This document shows, in pieces, positions 47,314 to 61,300 of a stretch of 64,000 nt of DNA. A program made the position numbers and the translations under genes. The notes beneath the pieces were generated by a model. That model had not been told where the DNA came from and searched no databases. It saw nothing but the letters and a program-made list of their open reading frames with translations. This DNA comes from Ascidiella aspersa. Lineage: Eukaryota. The stretch lies in contig OZ004611.1 in the NCBI GenBank assembly GCA_963924565.1, positions 2,604,001 through 2,668,000 on the forward strand, written 5' to 3'. The first letter of the stretch is position 1; each line of letters starts with the position of its first letter.

Positions 47314-48375
47314 GTATAGGTTTTCTTAAAACTAACAAAGTAATCTTAACAATCCAAAGAAATTTGCGCCAAATGCGAGAAATTTGCTTTTAAACAGAAA
47401 AAGTTAGCATAATAGACAAAAAGTATACCTTCAAGTTTACTGCAGTTCTAAAAAACAAACAAACGTGCGAATACAGAAGTTGATTCTATTTTGATTTGAT
47501 GTTTTTCATGCGCAATTGTTAATAAAATTTTAAAAACAAAAGAAAATGCAGCATTTCGAAGCAAACAGGGACACAATTTTTAGTTCCGCCAATGGGTTGA
47601 GAAAGACCACTTTAAGTCAACGCGACTATCAGGTTAAAACAAATGTTCTTCTGTCGAAAGGCATCAACCAGATAGTCCAGCTTTTCTTAACCTGGTGTAA
47701 ATTCACCCCAGGGCGTAAATCTCTCCGTTTTAGGGGGTAAATGAGCTATCAAACAAAACATCCACATCAGTTGATGGGACAGAAAAAAATGTGCCAGCTG
47801 TAGGTAATGGTATTTTTTCTAGAATAACTGCTAATTCTAAGTTAGCCTAGTGGCCTATTGATTCTTTATCGTCTATAGAGTCGGTAACGTTATATGCTTC
47901 GCTAATCAATAATTTTAAGTTTTTTGGCAACATCGCTGTCTCTTAGTTACTTTATTTGTCGTTGTTGAAAAAGCAAGGGCAGCCGTCGCATTGAATATAA
48001 CTGATTTAGTTGTTGCTTTCGTGTTTTAATAAATGAGCACCATTTTATATTTTGGGGGTAAATATGATATTTATTTTTGTTAAACGGGTAAAACATACAA
48101 AAAAACGTTAAGAACCCCTACGATAGCCGTCAAAAAAATGAAATAACAAAATAAACCAAAGGTTTATAAAAAACAAAGTGTTTGCAAATCGGCGGAGTTC
48201 AACTCATTTTTTCGCAATATTAAAACGACGAAACGTTTACTAACGGCAAAACCGTTTGTCGAATGTTTAATTTAACGTTGTAATGATAGAGCTGCTCACG
48301 GCACCGCACTGAAAGGTTAACAAGATACAAAAATTACAACTTGTTATTAGTTAATGCTTTAAATCATCGTTTTAG

Positions 48376-48630
48376 TTGACTAAGTGGAATCCAATTGTTC
48401 AAAGCAACAGAAAAACCGAACAGATTTCGTTTGCCCTACAACAGGACAACTTAAAACTGTTGGCATTTTATTGTCAAAAAAGGATAGAAAGTTAACTCCA
48501 CTTTAAGAGGAAATTTATGCACTTTTAAATGCGTAGAACGACCAGACAATGATCTCACTGTCGCAGAGGAGGAAGCATTGGCTGCCGTCAGCCTCGAAGA
48601 AGCAAAATAACGTAGAGCACAGCTGCAAAA
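48376..48630 (+). pseudogene. UTP14: UTP14-like (U3 snoRNP-associated protein 14) pseudogene fragment
   Basis: Across stops and frameshifts it translates to LTKWNPIVQSNRKTEQISFALQ...TPL*EEIYALLN...DLTVAEEEALAAVSLEEAK*RRAQLQ. This matches recalled UTP14 motifs (LSKWDPVV..NR.AEQL.FPL, TPLEQEI..LL, AMSLEEAK.RRAELQ). Confidence 0.7.
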
Positions 48631-49630
48631 CAGATGCTTAAATGATGTATACAGCCTTTAATCTTGTTTTAAAACTTTGATATGGTATAACATTAATGTA
48701 ATTTTAATGCAACTGTTAGTTTTTACGTTTCTGTTTAAAATGTAAAAAAAAACATTCATTTAAAGCCGGATTACGTATGGATATCTATTAATTCATACGG
48801 CGTCTTTGGACTAAATTCCTCCACAAATGTTTACTCCAAAAACACATTACAGAAAGGTTAGCACGACGCGCCAATGTTTTGGCATATCTACGGAGAATAA
48901 ATTGTCAATTTGGGGTACCCATCTCTCTAGAGCAGGCCCGCTAAAAAGTAAATCATTAGCAAACACATTGCTATTTAATAATCACATAACTTTGATCAAG
49001 ATTTTTGATAGTTATATCAACGAGAAAAAGCCACGGGTAATTATGTCTATTACATTTAGACCATCGTGATTTAGACTACAAGTTGCCGCCCCCAATCGCC
49101 CTAATTTTGCCCGGATTTTTTAATGTGCCTCCCTTTTAAAAAGGAGTCGCTCACTTTGAAAATCACTGACCTGAGATGTAAAGGTCTCTTTTTTCGTGTC
49201 GTTCTTTTCTATATTTTTCCTCCTTGCTTTGTATCGCTATATTGTCAATTAAAGTTTTTAAAACAAAAAGATATACAAAGTTAGAAGCCACTTTTTTAAG
49301 GTGGAAAATGGACGTGAAACCAATAGAACCGGCCTATGATATTTAGCGCTGTGTTATTGAAAGCCGTGCACGTCAAACGGCTTAAGCTCTCATGATGCAG
49401 TTTGCAACATCCGTAGCGTTAGCAACCTCGAGCTGAAATGTTGCAAGGTGTGGATTACAAGCTTACTTGTAGTCGCCACAGATTTCTCGTCTTTGTGTTT
49501 TGTCATTTCGCTCGTAATGCGACACTTCGATGTGTTAAGAACAAAAGTAGCTGCCGGTGTCCATGGAAACCTTTTCTATAAAACATTTTCCTTTCTTCTT
49601 AAAGTGCTCCATTCCTTCCAATTGATTTGT

Positions 49631-49638
49631 TATATAAA
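49631..49638 (+). promoter_or_regulatory. Putative TATA box of gene E (type-II promoter)
   Basis: TATATAAA in a block (about 49410-50520) homologous to the region upstream of gene F (about 57460-58330). Confidence 0.45.
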
Positions 49639-50563
49639 GTGCTTTCAGCAACAGACCGTTCCATTTGGAAAACGTCTCTGGTGATAATCTCGACAGTGTG
49701 AGCACACTAAATCAGCAGGAATAAATTATTTTATTCAGCATATTGTAATATTTTGAAGAGGTTTTTATACCGGTCTTATATTTTTGTTTGCTAACGCGAG
49801 TTATGTTTAGATTTTTGTGCTATATTAAATATGGTAAACGACGAATGAGATTAAAATAATTATAGTTTTAAGATTTGCCCTGTTTTTTTTTTTTTTTTTT
49901 TTTTTTTTGTTACCGCTTTTATTTTAAACCTGGCGACTTTAGGCACTTAATGCGGTCAAAGATTTACAACAATTTTTTTTTCAGTTGCAAACAATTTTTT
50001 TTCAGGTGCAATTTCTAATGTGCAGCGGGTAATTGAAATATTAATAATATGGGCCTAAAGAATTTAATATTTAAAAGACAAAGTAACGATTTATGATAAT
50101 AAAGGTCTTCTCGACAAATTCCACTGTTCAATATTTTTTAGATTCCTTTACAGATCCGCTTAAAGAAATGTTTTTTTAATTCCCTATAACTATAAAGCTA
50201 TAGCTTGCCACAGGCCAATTTGGACAACGCTGTTTGCAGTATACAGACCCGCTTAAAGAAATGTTGAATTTTCAATTTTCAACATTTCTTAATTAAGCTC
50301 TACCTTTTGACAGGCCTAATATGTAAATGCGTCATTTTATCAGCAGCATGATGTGTAACTTTTTCCACATAGTTCTTCTACTTGAAAAAAAAGATGAAAA
50401 TTATGGCATTTACGTTTCGCTGGCTTAAAACTGCAGCAGTTTGATAATAAATTTTTCTTCTTTTTTGCAAATTCAGTTTGCATTGCAGTTTGATAATATT
50501 TAATTGTTTGTTTATCTTGCAGGAGATTTAATTATCGTCAGGTTCAATCATCTATCGATAAAA

Positions 50564-53500
50564 ATGAACTTCCAGTTGTTCGCATTTTGTCTGCTCGCAG
50601 TGGCCTACCGCGCTGAAGGTAAGTGGTATTCAAAAAAATCTACTCTTATCACAATTGTTGCGGTCAATTAAAATATCACATACTTTGTTTAAATTTAGGT
50701 TGAAACTCAACCAAAAGCGACAAATGATGGTGTAAAGCAGGGGTTCTTAAATTGGGGTCCATTGACCCCTTGGGGATACGTGAATTAACTTTAGGGGGTC
50801 CATGAAGGCCATATGTAAATAATAGTGTATCTTAAAAAAACAATTAATTTTTAAAGAAAATAGTTTAATCAAAAATAAAAAAATTAGCATTGAATACATT
50901 TAGACTCCATTTTACTTAAATCTAGCATATTTCTTAAAGTCTATTTGTATTGTGATATAAATTTATGAAAAAATAAGCATATCTCTGAAATCTATTTGAT
51001 TGTGACGTCATTTTTGAAAATGTCTTGCCTTCCGTGGTCCAAGCGACGCCAAAAATATATTTTAGTTGTCCGCGGTAAAAAAGTTTAATAATCCCTTGTG
51101 TAAAGCGAAGTCGTAGTCCTGCTTTGATATAATATATCAAATTGACATTTTGCGGATTTGTCTGCAGCTCAATGTACTCTTGCGGCTGTGACCCAAGGAA
51201 CGTATGCCGAATCTTCTCCCCTGGCATCCGGTTCGTCAACAGCTTTCTCGTGCGCAGCTGGTTTTGTTGCATCTGCTACGTCGTTGTCGTGCTCTGGAAG
51301 CACCCTGGACCCAACCTCAGTGACTTGCACAGGTAAATATTGAAAAACATAAACGACAGTAATAAACTATTTCCATTGAGATATATTTGTGATGGAAAAC
51401 GTCTGGCCCACTCAACCATCATTCCCCGAACCTGTCTTCGACTCCGACACTGCTTTAAGGCTTTGATTTAAATCGTGCGAAATCCTCTCTTAGTCGCAAA
51501 TAGCACAGTGAACATTTTAATGACGGGCGCCTTACCTGCGCGACTAACAGTGGCAAAAAAACAAAAACTAGCGTGTGACTTGCGGGAGCACCTGAAATCA
51601 GTTCATTTTATTCTTAAATAACATGAATGGTTCCATTTTTTATTCTTAAAAACGATGTGAAATTACAAGTTAGTAAATTTTCGGGTTTATTATAATAGAA
51701 TGGATATTGATGCATTCATGAAAACTAGAATTTCAGCCAAATCTAAAAGCGCAGCTTATGTCTTTCTAATAAATTTCGATGTTATCGAATTTCGTTTAAT
51801 TACATCGCAAAAAAGGAAGTCCGTCCGTATAGCTGAAAATTTGTTTTAATTAAACCAGCCGATAAAAAATTGTGTTTATTAAAGGGGGCTTTGAATTATA
51901 AAAAGCAGGCCATTGTTTCACCAATTAGGATCAATTGCAGTCGTGCTAGTTTTTACTGTCGGCAACACTCGTAAACAGTGTTAGCCGTCAAGGAAAACTC
52001 GTGCATCACAACACACACTCTCATCTATCTTCTATTTTTTTTTTCTTTAAAACAGCCGCCACATGCTCCGCTGCTCCGGCGACAAGTTTTTAACTAAAGG
52101 TGCAGTACGATAGCAATGTTGCAATGTTTTTTATCCTTTGTTTGAAGAACATAGTTTAAGCTCACACATTCCGTAATACCAAAATGATGAAGAAATAAAT
52201 AATTTAAGCTCCTAAAAACTTCGAAAAGTGGGTCTTCTTGTTGAAAAGATTTCAGAACAACCAAAGGTCGTTCCATTACGGAGCAAACCAGTGTTCATCA
52301 TAATTGAACGATATCTCCCCGTTGCCTGGCTGCCACGTTGTTGGGTTTGCATCAAGTTAAAACAAAACCCTTCCGCTGCATTTGAAGGTATAAATCTTGC
52401 CTACAACGCAGTTGTTTCTGTCAAACACCATTTTGATGAATTCTTGTCTAATTTGCGCACTTTTTTGCCTGTACGTAGATCCACTAAGCTAATTTGCGCA
52501 GTTTTTTGGTCGTATGTAGGTCCAATAAAACAAATTTGGGCACTTTTCGTCCATAAGTAGGTCCAATAAAACTAATTTGGTCCCTTTATTTCTCCTACGT
52601 AGCTCCAAAAAAAACTAATGTGGGCACTTTTTTGTCCAGACGTAGCTAAAAAAATCTAATTGTGGAACTTTTTTCGAAACTTTGTTAAAGTAAAAATGGG
52701 GTACTTAAGGTATTTTTTTACGAATTGTTATAATCAAAATGTAGCAAAATGTTAAACATTACGTAGTGCTTAACATTCGGTAAATAAAATAACATATTAT
52801 GTGTTTTTCTGCATTTCGCGGTGTTTGGAGTACAGTTATCCTATTGTAGCACAGAAATGGCATCCCTAGACTGTTTGCCGCTAAATGTGTCTGGAATACA
52901 AACGACTGGTGTGGCATAAAGGATTAAAGCCTGTAGCCTGAATGGCCCTCGATTGTCGTTAGCCTGTCGTCCCCAATCGGTCTTGTGCTCGCTCGATCGG
53001 GTTTCAAATGTAACTGATTGGGCAGAGATTAGCGCGACAATCCCGGGCGCTTTTGCCTGATGCCGTGACCTCTCGGTAAAAGGTCAAGATTTTCTGAGCA
53101 CCGCATGCCATTTGTTGCTTTCGTTAGGGCGTTACCTTTTACACGGTCATATCTTTGTTGTTGTTTTTTAAGTGTGAGTAAATTACTTTACTATACCAAA
53201 GAAAACTGACATCAAACAACAAGTAAGCATTATACAAGCATAGCATCATAACTTCATTCTTTGGAAACCGTGCGAATGGATTTAGCTGTTTTGGCAAGCG
53301 CAATGTTTTGCAGAATCAGCTAAACCTGTGCCAAAATTTTAGGTGTTTTGAATGGTGCCTTGCTGCTGCAATGATACTGTTTGTATGTTGGCACATAGGA
53401 GTAATCCAGCGGAATCCACACCGCGTATATTCCAGGCTTATAATGAGGTGATTCTCCTTAAAATTGCAGTGGTATACGAATACCGCAAGGCACCTCTCTA

Positions 53501-56500
53501 GATTAATGCAGTTAAACAACAAATAAGGGTCGGGGATACTCAGTGACGTCACAAAGCTAAGTATAAACGTGCCACGTTTTTGGTTTGTAAAATATCGGCT
53601 ATCGCTATCGACATAAAAAGACACGGACATCCCTAGTTCTAAAGTTTAAACTGAAAACTTTTAGGCCAAATATTTCAGTTTTTATATGCGTTGGGCTAAA
53701 CTCAAGTGCAATCTTTTAGTTTGGAACACTATATACGGATCTGTTCATAAGTTTAATGGTGAAAATAACGGCCTAAATAGACGTTAAAAGCGACACGCTT
53801 TATTTTCAAACGTTTCGGCAAATGCTCATGCCATCATCAGTAATATGAAGGCCACATCAGTTACACCCGTTTATATACACTTTAGTCGCACAAAGGAATG
53901 ATTCCATTTTCCGTAAAAGCGTATACGCTGATACCTGAGCTGAAATGCGACGGTAAAATGTTTTCATAATTTTTGACTTAAATACCAACTGTTCTTCGCC
54001 GTTTTTTAACATTAGTTCATTTACGCTAAGTGAGTTTCCAAATGATTGTAAATTTAGTTGTACACACGCGAATCTTTACTGCATTGGATCAGACGCAAGG
54101 TTTATATGCGCGTTAGGACGACCCAAGGTCTATATGTGAGTTGGTCCTACGAGAGAAACGATAAGCAGAATTTGCTGGCCTTTGCAATAGTCCGTCAATT
54201 ACAAATGAATAGTTTTACTTTTTGCAGGTCGCGACTATCTTTTAAACGGTAAAAAACATCTTAAGAACCGTATAAAAAATGCTGAGGTTTGGTCTGTTAT
54301 TTTTTTTCCTATTATATGGAACAAGCGTTAAGACTTTCTATCGGATTAAATTCTATATTCATTTATATTAAAAAACGTAACTTGCAAAATGGTAGTGAGT
54401 ACATAGAATGCGTGTGTAAGTTCGACTTTAAAATAATTATAATTTTGGAAACACGCGCATTTATGTACATCGTTCATTTTCGTAAAAGTTTCGTACATTT
54501 GTAACACGAACTTCACCGTTTAACATTCTTGTTTTTTATTTTGTTCAGTGTAAATATATTTCGTTGGTAAAAAGATCACCGCTAGCATAAGTGAAGTTAC
54601 AAAAACAAACACTGGCAAACTACTTGGTAACTTTTATTAGCTTATGTGTATTCAATCTTTGTTAATGTTTCTTTCAGCCGCCCTATGCAACGCTGAACCG
54701 GCGACCCTCACCCAAGGAACTTTCCCAACTGTGCCCACTGCTGGCTATACCGGCACAGTGGCAATCACGTGCAACGATGGGTATACTGTGGCTTCTGGCG
54801 CCGCTTCATCTTCGCTTTGTACTACGACAAACACCTGGGATCCTGAAACACTGGCATGCGTTTGTATGACATTTTCATTTTCCTTACACACAACGATTTA
54901 ACATTAAATTCCCTAATTCGTGCAACAATGCAGTGAAATACTACCATAATGAAAAGGGTACTACTGGATTAGGTAAAAAGCAAAACAAGAAAAATAAAGT
55001 CTTGTTTACATTTGTGAAATATGTTTAATCTTTCAAACAGTCGCATGTAACGCTGCACCGACCCTCACCCAAGGAACCTTCCCAACTATGCCCACTGGTG
55101 GTTACAGTGGCTCAGTGTCAATCACCTGCAACGCCGGGTACATTACTTCAACTGACTCTGCATCATGCAGTGGAACCAACACCTGGAACCCGGACACATT
55201 GACATGCACTGGTTAGTAGGAAAAGTGATTGCTTAAAAGGGGTTTGAACGGTTCCGTTAATTCAAATATACAATTTATGCAGAACACTATAGAGTACTCT
55301 ATTTTTTCGATAAATTGAATTAATTATGCTGAAAAAGCAAACTGTTTTAGGAGTATGTAGCATGTTTGCGATTAAGAAAGATACTGTTTACTGTAACGAC
55401 TGGTTAGTGAAAAGTTCTTGTTTATCAGTTTGTATAAAATCGCCATAATATCAGTAAACTAAACTGTAAGGATAGAAATCAAAACAAGAACCTCCACTGT
55501 CATAAATTGCCTCGAAATAAGCATTTCTTGAAAACAAGGATGTTTATTCATCGGGGGTTTTAGCTTGAACTTTCCTCCTTTTGCAACTTAATACTGAACT
55601 TTGGATAAATCTTTGCCTAAGTTTCTTTAAGTTTCATTTCCACAAATTCATCCTTATATTACAGCCGCCCTATGCAACGCTGCACCGACCCTCACCCAAG
55701 GAACTTTCCCAACTATGCCCACTGCTGGCTACACCGGCACAGTGGCAATCACATGCAACAGCGGGTATAAGGCAGGATCTACCAACTCTTCACTTTGCTC
55801 GGGCACAGACACCTGGGACCCGACCTCAGTGACATGCGCTGGTAAACCATTTAGCTTTAATTTTGACAAGGAATTACTTGGCGTTGCTAAATCTAATATA
55901 GACGAATAACAATTTTAGTTTTTTTAATCGCTTTTGGAACTATGATCTATTCATTTTTAAATTAATGATTATAAAATCGGATTACGCTTCCAATTGATTG
56001 TTGGTGGAAATAAAACAAAATTTAAAATATTATTGTATAAAATTATTATTATTTACACTCATAGTTATGATTAAACATGTATCATTGATACAAAAGTGCC
56101 TGCGTTAACTAAATTGCAGATAATTTTTTTCCCTTTTATCTATTTTTATATTTTTTCATTGTTTAACCAGCAATTACCTGCTCGGCATTGACTGTGACCA
56201 ACGGCGCGGTGGCTCCAACCGGCACTGTCGCTTATAACGGAGTGGTCACCGTCTCCTGCAACAGCGGCTACACACTGTCGTCCACTACTGGAGACCTTAA
56301 ATGCGACGGAACTCTGTCCAACAACTACAACGCGACCACCCCAACTTGCACTGCAACCACCACAGTTTCCACCACAGGTAACTTCAAATATAGAATTCCA
56401 ACCAGGCAACATATCAATAGATAGAAAAAGTACAACCAGACCTTTCGGCAGCAGATGCCAGCTGACCTTATCAGGGTTAATAATTAAAACGAGAGAACGC

Positions 56501-56841
56501 TTAGTTTCCCCTATGTATGTTGCTGAACAACCGTCACAAGGGCTCTCATGAACAGGGAAACTGTGATGTAAATTTATAAATACAGTGGGGAGATTGTGGG
56601 TATAAGTTGAGGTTATTCTGGTAACGCTTTTTTCTGTTAACAAATCACGTCTTACCCGCCATATTCTAAGCAAATTTTATGGGGCATGTTCTTTGTGTTC
56701 ACTGAGAACTTTGTGTGATGTGATATTGCTAACCTATTTCTATCGACTTATTTCGCAGCTGGTAGCGCTAGCTTGTTCCACCTGCACACTGCACTGATGG
56801 CGATGCTTCTCTCCGCGTTCGCTTTCATCAAGGCTCTTTAG
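50564..56841 (+). CDS. Gene E: predicted GPI-anchored protein with 5 Sushi/CCP-like domains (about 347 aa)
   Basis: join(50564-50618 signal; 51168-51332 Q-type; 54678-54863 A-type; 55041-55211 S-type; 55665-55841 M-type; 56171-56377 J-type plus stalk; 56759-56841 GPI and TAG). 1044 nt open, all introns phase-1 GT-AG. Assumes the exon stub at 52056-52083 is skipped. Confidence 0.87.
50738..51097. mobile_element. hAT-type MITE in a gene E intron
   Basis: CAGGGGTTCTTAAA terminus; 8-bp TSD GTGTAAAG (50730-50737 and 51098-51105). Confidence 0.75.
52445..52675. repeat. Degenerate tandem repeat, unit about 40 bp
   Basis: Recurrent TAATTTG(C/G)GCACTTTTT...CGTAG(G)TCCAATAAAAC, about 6 units. Confidence 0.6.
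52900..54645. repeat. Intronic block duplicated at about 61885-63625 (partial third copy at about 59830-60418)
   Basis: Colinear high similarity between gene E and gene F introns. Confidence 0.85.
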
Positions 56842-57654
56842 ACTGACATCGTGTGTTGTAGAAACGTAGATTGTTTTATTATTAAGTTAAATTTTTGCCT
56901 TTGTAAAACGGCGTTAGCTGAATTCTTCTTCGTGAATCAAAAACTGATCATTGCAAAATGAAAGGTTTTTGAAAGAAAAGTCGAATTTACGCATAAATGC
57001 TACTTTTCATTGGTTTGCTTAAATATATATAGTGTTGCACTTATTATTTTCAGCCTGTGTGTTTTATTGCGGCCATTCAAGAAAAATCCAAAACCACTTC
57101 TGATAAAATCAGTCTAAACCTTTACCGTTTGTCATTTATCGTGTGCTCTATACCTATATCCAATTCAGTGTGCTTGTTTGAAAATACACCACAAAGCATT
57201 TGAAACGAGTTTGTTTTTGTTTTCTTAAAACATGTTAAGTAAATCGGAAAAATGCAATTTTCAGTCTGACGGGCGTAATTCAGGACGGGAAGTGACTGCC
57301 GGAGTTTCAATTTCATCTTAACCGATTTTTTTGCGAGCATTACCAGCATATGTAGCGCCACAGCCGTAAAGAAAGAATGCAAAAGACAGGCGTGAAAATG
57401 ATGAAACACTATTGGGTGTGACAGTTTAACATCCCCGATAGCCTTATAGTGACGGACATTAGCAGCGTTAGCAACCTCTAGTTAAAATGTTGCCAGGTGT
57501 GGATTACAAGCCCGCCCCGCCGCCACCGCTTTCTCGGCTGTGGTTTGGCATTTTACCTGTAACGCGACACTTGCGCGCTTCAAACAAAAGCAGCTACCGG
57601 CGTCCATGGAAACGTGTTTTCAAACTTTTTCTCTATTTCTTTTATTCGGTCGGC

Positions 57655-57662
57655 TATATAAA
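57655..57662 (+). promoter_or_regulatory. Putative TATA box of gene F (type-II promoter)
   Basis: TATATAAA at the position homologous to 49631. Confidence 0.45.
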
Positions 57663-58368
57663 ATGATTTCAGCAAACGATTATTTCATTAAAAAAACTTC
57701 GTTGCTGCTTGTAGAACAATCTTAAAAGTTTGGGCACATTAAAACAGCTGCGAATAAATGATTTTATTCAGCATTTTGTAATATCTGATATGAGGTTGTT
57801 ATACCGATCTTATATATTTGTTGGCTTGCTAAGTTATGTTCAGATTTTTTACGAAAGATGGTCATTGACCATTGAGATTATAACAATAATAATCAAGATT
57901 GCCTTGGGTTTTATTTATTGCCGCTTTTGGTTTAACCCTGGCTATAGGCAATTCAAAATGCGGTCAAAGATTTGGATACCTTTGATAAAAAAATACTTAT
58001 TTTTGGTTGCAAATTTTAGTGTACAGCGGGTAATTAAACATTTATCAGTATAAAAAGACCAAGAAACGGTTTATTATCATAAAGGTTTTCTCGATATTAA
58101 CAAATCCCGCTGTTCCGTATTATTGATATAGTTTTACAGGTCCGATTAAAGAAATATTGCTTTTTTAAATATTCTTTAGAATCTTAACTAAGCTCTACTT
58201 TCTTACAGGCCAAGTTGGACAACGTTGCATGTAATGTGTAAATGCAAGATGAAAATTAGCGCATTTTACGTTTCGCTGGCTTGCAATTGCAACAGCTTGA
58301 TAGTATTCCCTTTTTGTTTATTTCGCAGGAGATTTCATTATCGACAGGTTAAGAATTGATCGATAAAA

Positions 58369-61300
58369 ATGAACTTCCAGTTGTTGGCATTTTGTCTGCT
58401 CGCAGTCGCCTACCGCGCTGAAGGTAAGACTTCAATCAATTTTCGTTCGTTTTAATTGTGAAACAGTAACAAAAGCAAAACCGTCTTCGAAATCATTCGG
58501 CCTTATCAGGATTGTTCTTAGTAATTTACGTTCAGCCTAACTGTATCGTTACTTGCTATATCTAGACTTAACCATAGAAAACAAATAGTTTTTCTATCTG
58601 ACGATGGAAAATCAAACAAGTGTTTGATCGCACCTTTCATACATGGCATAACAAATAATATTTGCAAACTTTCTGTTAATGGCTTTACTTATCCACAGCT
58701 CAGTGCACTTCTCCCACCATCACCAACGGGACTCCGAACCCGGACGCTGGTCAGACTGTTAATAACGGTGCTACACTCTCAGTGACTTGCGCCTCGGGGT
58801 TTAAGGCGTCCCCTTCATCAACCACATGTGCTGCAACCGGCGACACCTTCACCGACACACTGACATGCGAGAGTAAATCAAAGTTTTTACATAGTTTTCG
58901 ATCTAAATACCAAAGTTTCTTTGACGTTTTTTAACATTAGTTGATTTACGCCGATTAAGTTTGTAAATGATTGTAAATTTAGTCGTACACACGCGATACC
59001 TAAAAACGTTTACTGCATTGGATTAGGCCAAAGGTTTTTATGCTAGTTCGTCCTACGTTAAACTGCAAGAGAAACTAAACGTAGTGTTTGCTGGCAGTGG
59101 CATTAGTCCGTCAATTACAAATGTTTTACTTTTTGCGGTCTGCGACTATCTTTCAAAATGGTAAAAAATATATAAAGAACCGTACAAAAACTGCTGCGGT
59201 TAAGTCTGTTATTTTTCGTTATTAGATAGAAGAAGCATTAAGATTTTCTAATCGGACTAATATCCACTTTTCTTTATGCTAAGAAAAGCCATCACTGTAA
59301 ATTGAAATCCAAGCCTAGGGGTGGAAATTGTCGAGCTTTGGGGTGGTCCACTCGAACATGGAAAATCCCACCATGCCACCATGGGAATAAGCAACCCTAA
59401 GCATTGAATTCCTGGCATGGAATTTTCTATCATACATGCTTTCCATATTTAGCGATGGGTTTGTCTAACCTTCTTTTTTGATAGTAATACGCGTGGAATT
59501 TTCCATCCTACAAACTTTTCTACCTTCGTTAATCGGTTTCAGCCATCATCCTTGTTTGGTATTACCTCGCATATAATACCTAAAAAAGCAGCTTCAGAAG
59601 GGCTAGATCTCAGTTGCTAACACACATATGTGTGCATGTTTCATTGAACACATAATACCGCTGTGATATTTATTGAAAGAAAAAAAGTACGAAAAACTAA
59701 CAGCAATTTCAGGTGACAAATAGGTAGTTATTAGAGGTCAAAAAGTAAAAGATAAATGTAACATACGTTATAGAAATAAATCAAGACATGCATATAAATA
59801 CTTCCGAAAATTATGTATTTTACACCGCCATATCTTTGTTTGTTTTTTTAAATGTTAAGTAAATTACTTTACTCAGCCAAAGAAAACTGACATCAAACAA
59901 CAAGTAAGCATTATACAAGCATAGCATCATACCTTTGGTCTTTGGAAAACGTGCGAATGGATTTAGCTGTTTTGGCAAGCGCAATGTTTGCAGAATCAGC
60001 TAAACCTGTGCCAAAAGTATAGGTGTTTTAAATGGTGCCTTGCTGCTGCAATGATACTGTTTGTACGTTGGCACATAGGAGTAATCCAGCGGAATCCACA
60101 CCGCGTATATTCCAGGCTTATAATGAGGTGATTTTCTTTAAAAGTGCAGTGGTATACGAATACCGCAAGGCACCTCTCTAGATTAAGCCAGTTAAACAAC
60201 AAATAAGGGTCGGGGATACTTACTGACGTCACAAGGCTAACTATAAACGTGACCTCCATCGCCACGTTTTTTGTTTGTCAAATATCGGCTATCGCTACCG
60301 GCATAAAAAGTCAAGTAACGGACATCCCTAGTTCTAATGTTTAAACTGGAATTTTTTTTAGGCCAAATATTTCAGTTTTTATATGCGTTGGGCAAAACTC
60401 AAGTGCAATCTTTTAGTTTAATTAATATTTTCGTCGCACAATGGATATTACATGCATTTTCAGCTATAACCTGCGCGGCCACCTCAATAACCAACGGAGT
60501 CGGAACAACTGCAGTTACAGCTCACGGCGATTCATTTACATTTTCTTGCAGCACCGGATATATCCTATCTGGAACAGCGGCCTTGACATGCGACGGAACT
60601 GAAACCAACAACTGGTCGGCTGCTCTGCCCACATGCGCGGGTAAGTTGTTTTAATACAGTTAGAGAAAAATAATAGTAGGCAGTCGATCGTTTTTAGCAG
60701 ACAAGTTCGACTAACGATAACGACCAGTTGTTTGTTTTAAACATCATGGTATGACGATTTGAATTTGAAGTGATAAGTATAGCGATTATTTTTTGACTTG
60801 TCAAAAAAAGTCAAAATTTTGTCAAAATTTACATGTTAAGTTAAGATTTGTCAAAATTATTCCACGTTAAAAACGATTAAAAATGCACATAAATCGTTTA
60901 AAAATTAAAAAAAACTATACTAGGCTTTAGATAATTGCCGTTCAGTTAGAATTTTATCCAAAAATTTAGTTTTGAGTTTTATTCAAAGATATTTTAACTG
61001 TAGTAGATCTTCATTAGAGCAATACGGTGTACGCGCGCTTGCAGAATTAACCAACCTGGCCTAGTTTATCTCATTAAGCTCAGATCGAACTTCGTTTTTG
61101 CATTATATAGTTATTTTGATGTATTTGGACAAATGCATTAAACAGTAGGCCTATTGTTGTATTTTTCGCTTGTGATTTGCAATTATCCCATTTCCTATTT
61201 CGATAACTAGGTTTTTGTTAATTTTCTGCAATTATTTTTACGTTGTATTTTAGCTGTTTACACAACATTTTTTTATAAATAACCAGCGTCTTATTTCTTT

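Noticed and set aside
53316-53630. Antisense ORF of about 90-105 aa recurring three times (also 59996-60265 and 62334-62639)
   Set aside because: Recurrence is explained by recent duplication of the intron block; starts and stops differ and no domain is recognisable.
60252-60264. 13-nt match to a T-type exon (ACCTCCATCGCCA) inserted in an intron copy
   Set aside because: Too short to distinguish a templated insertion from chance.
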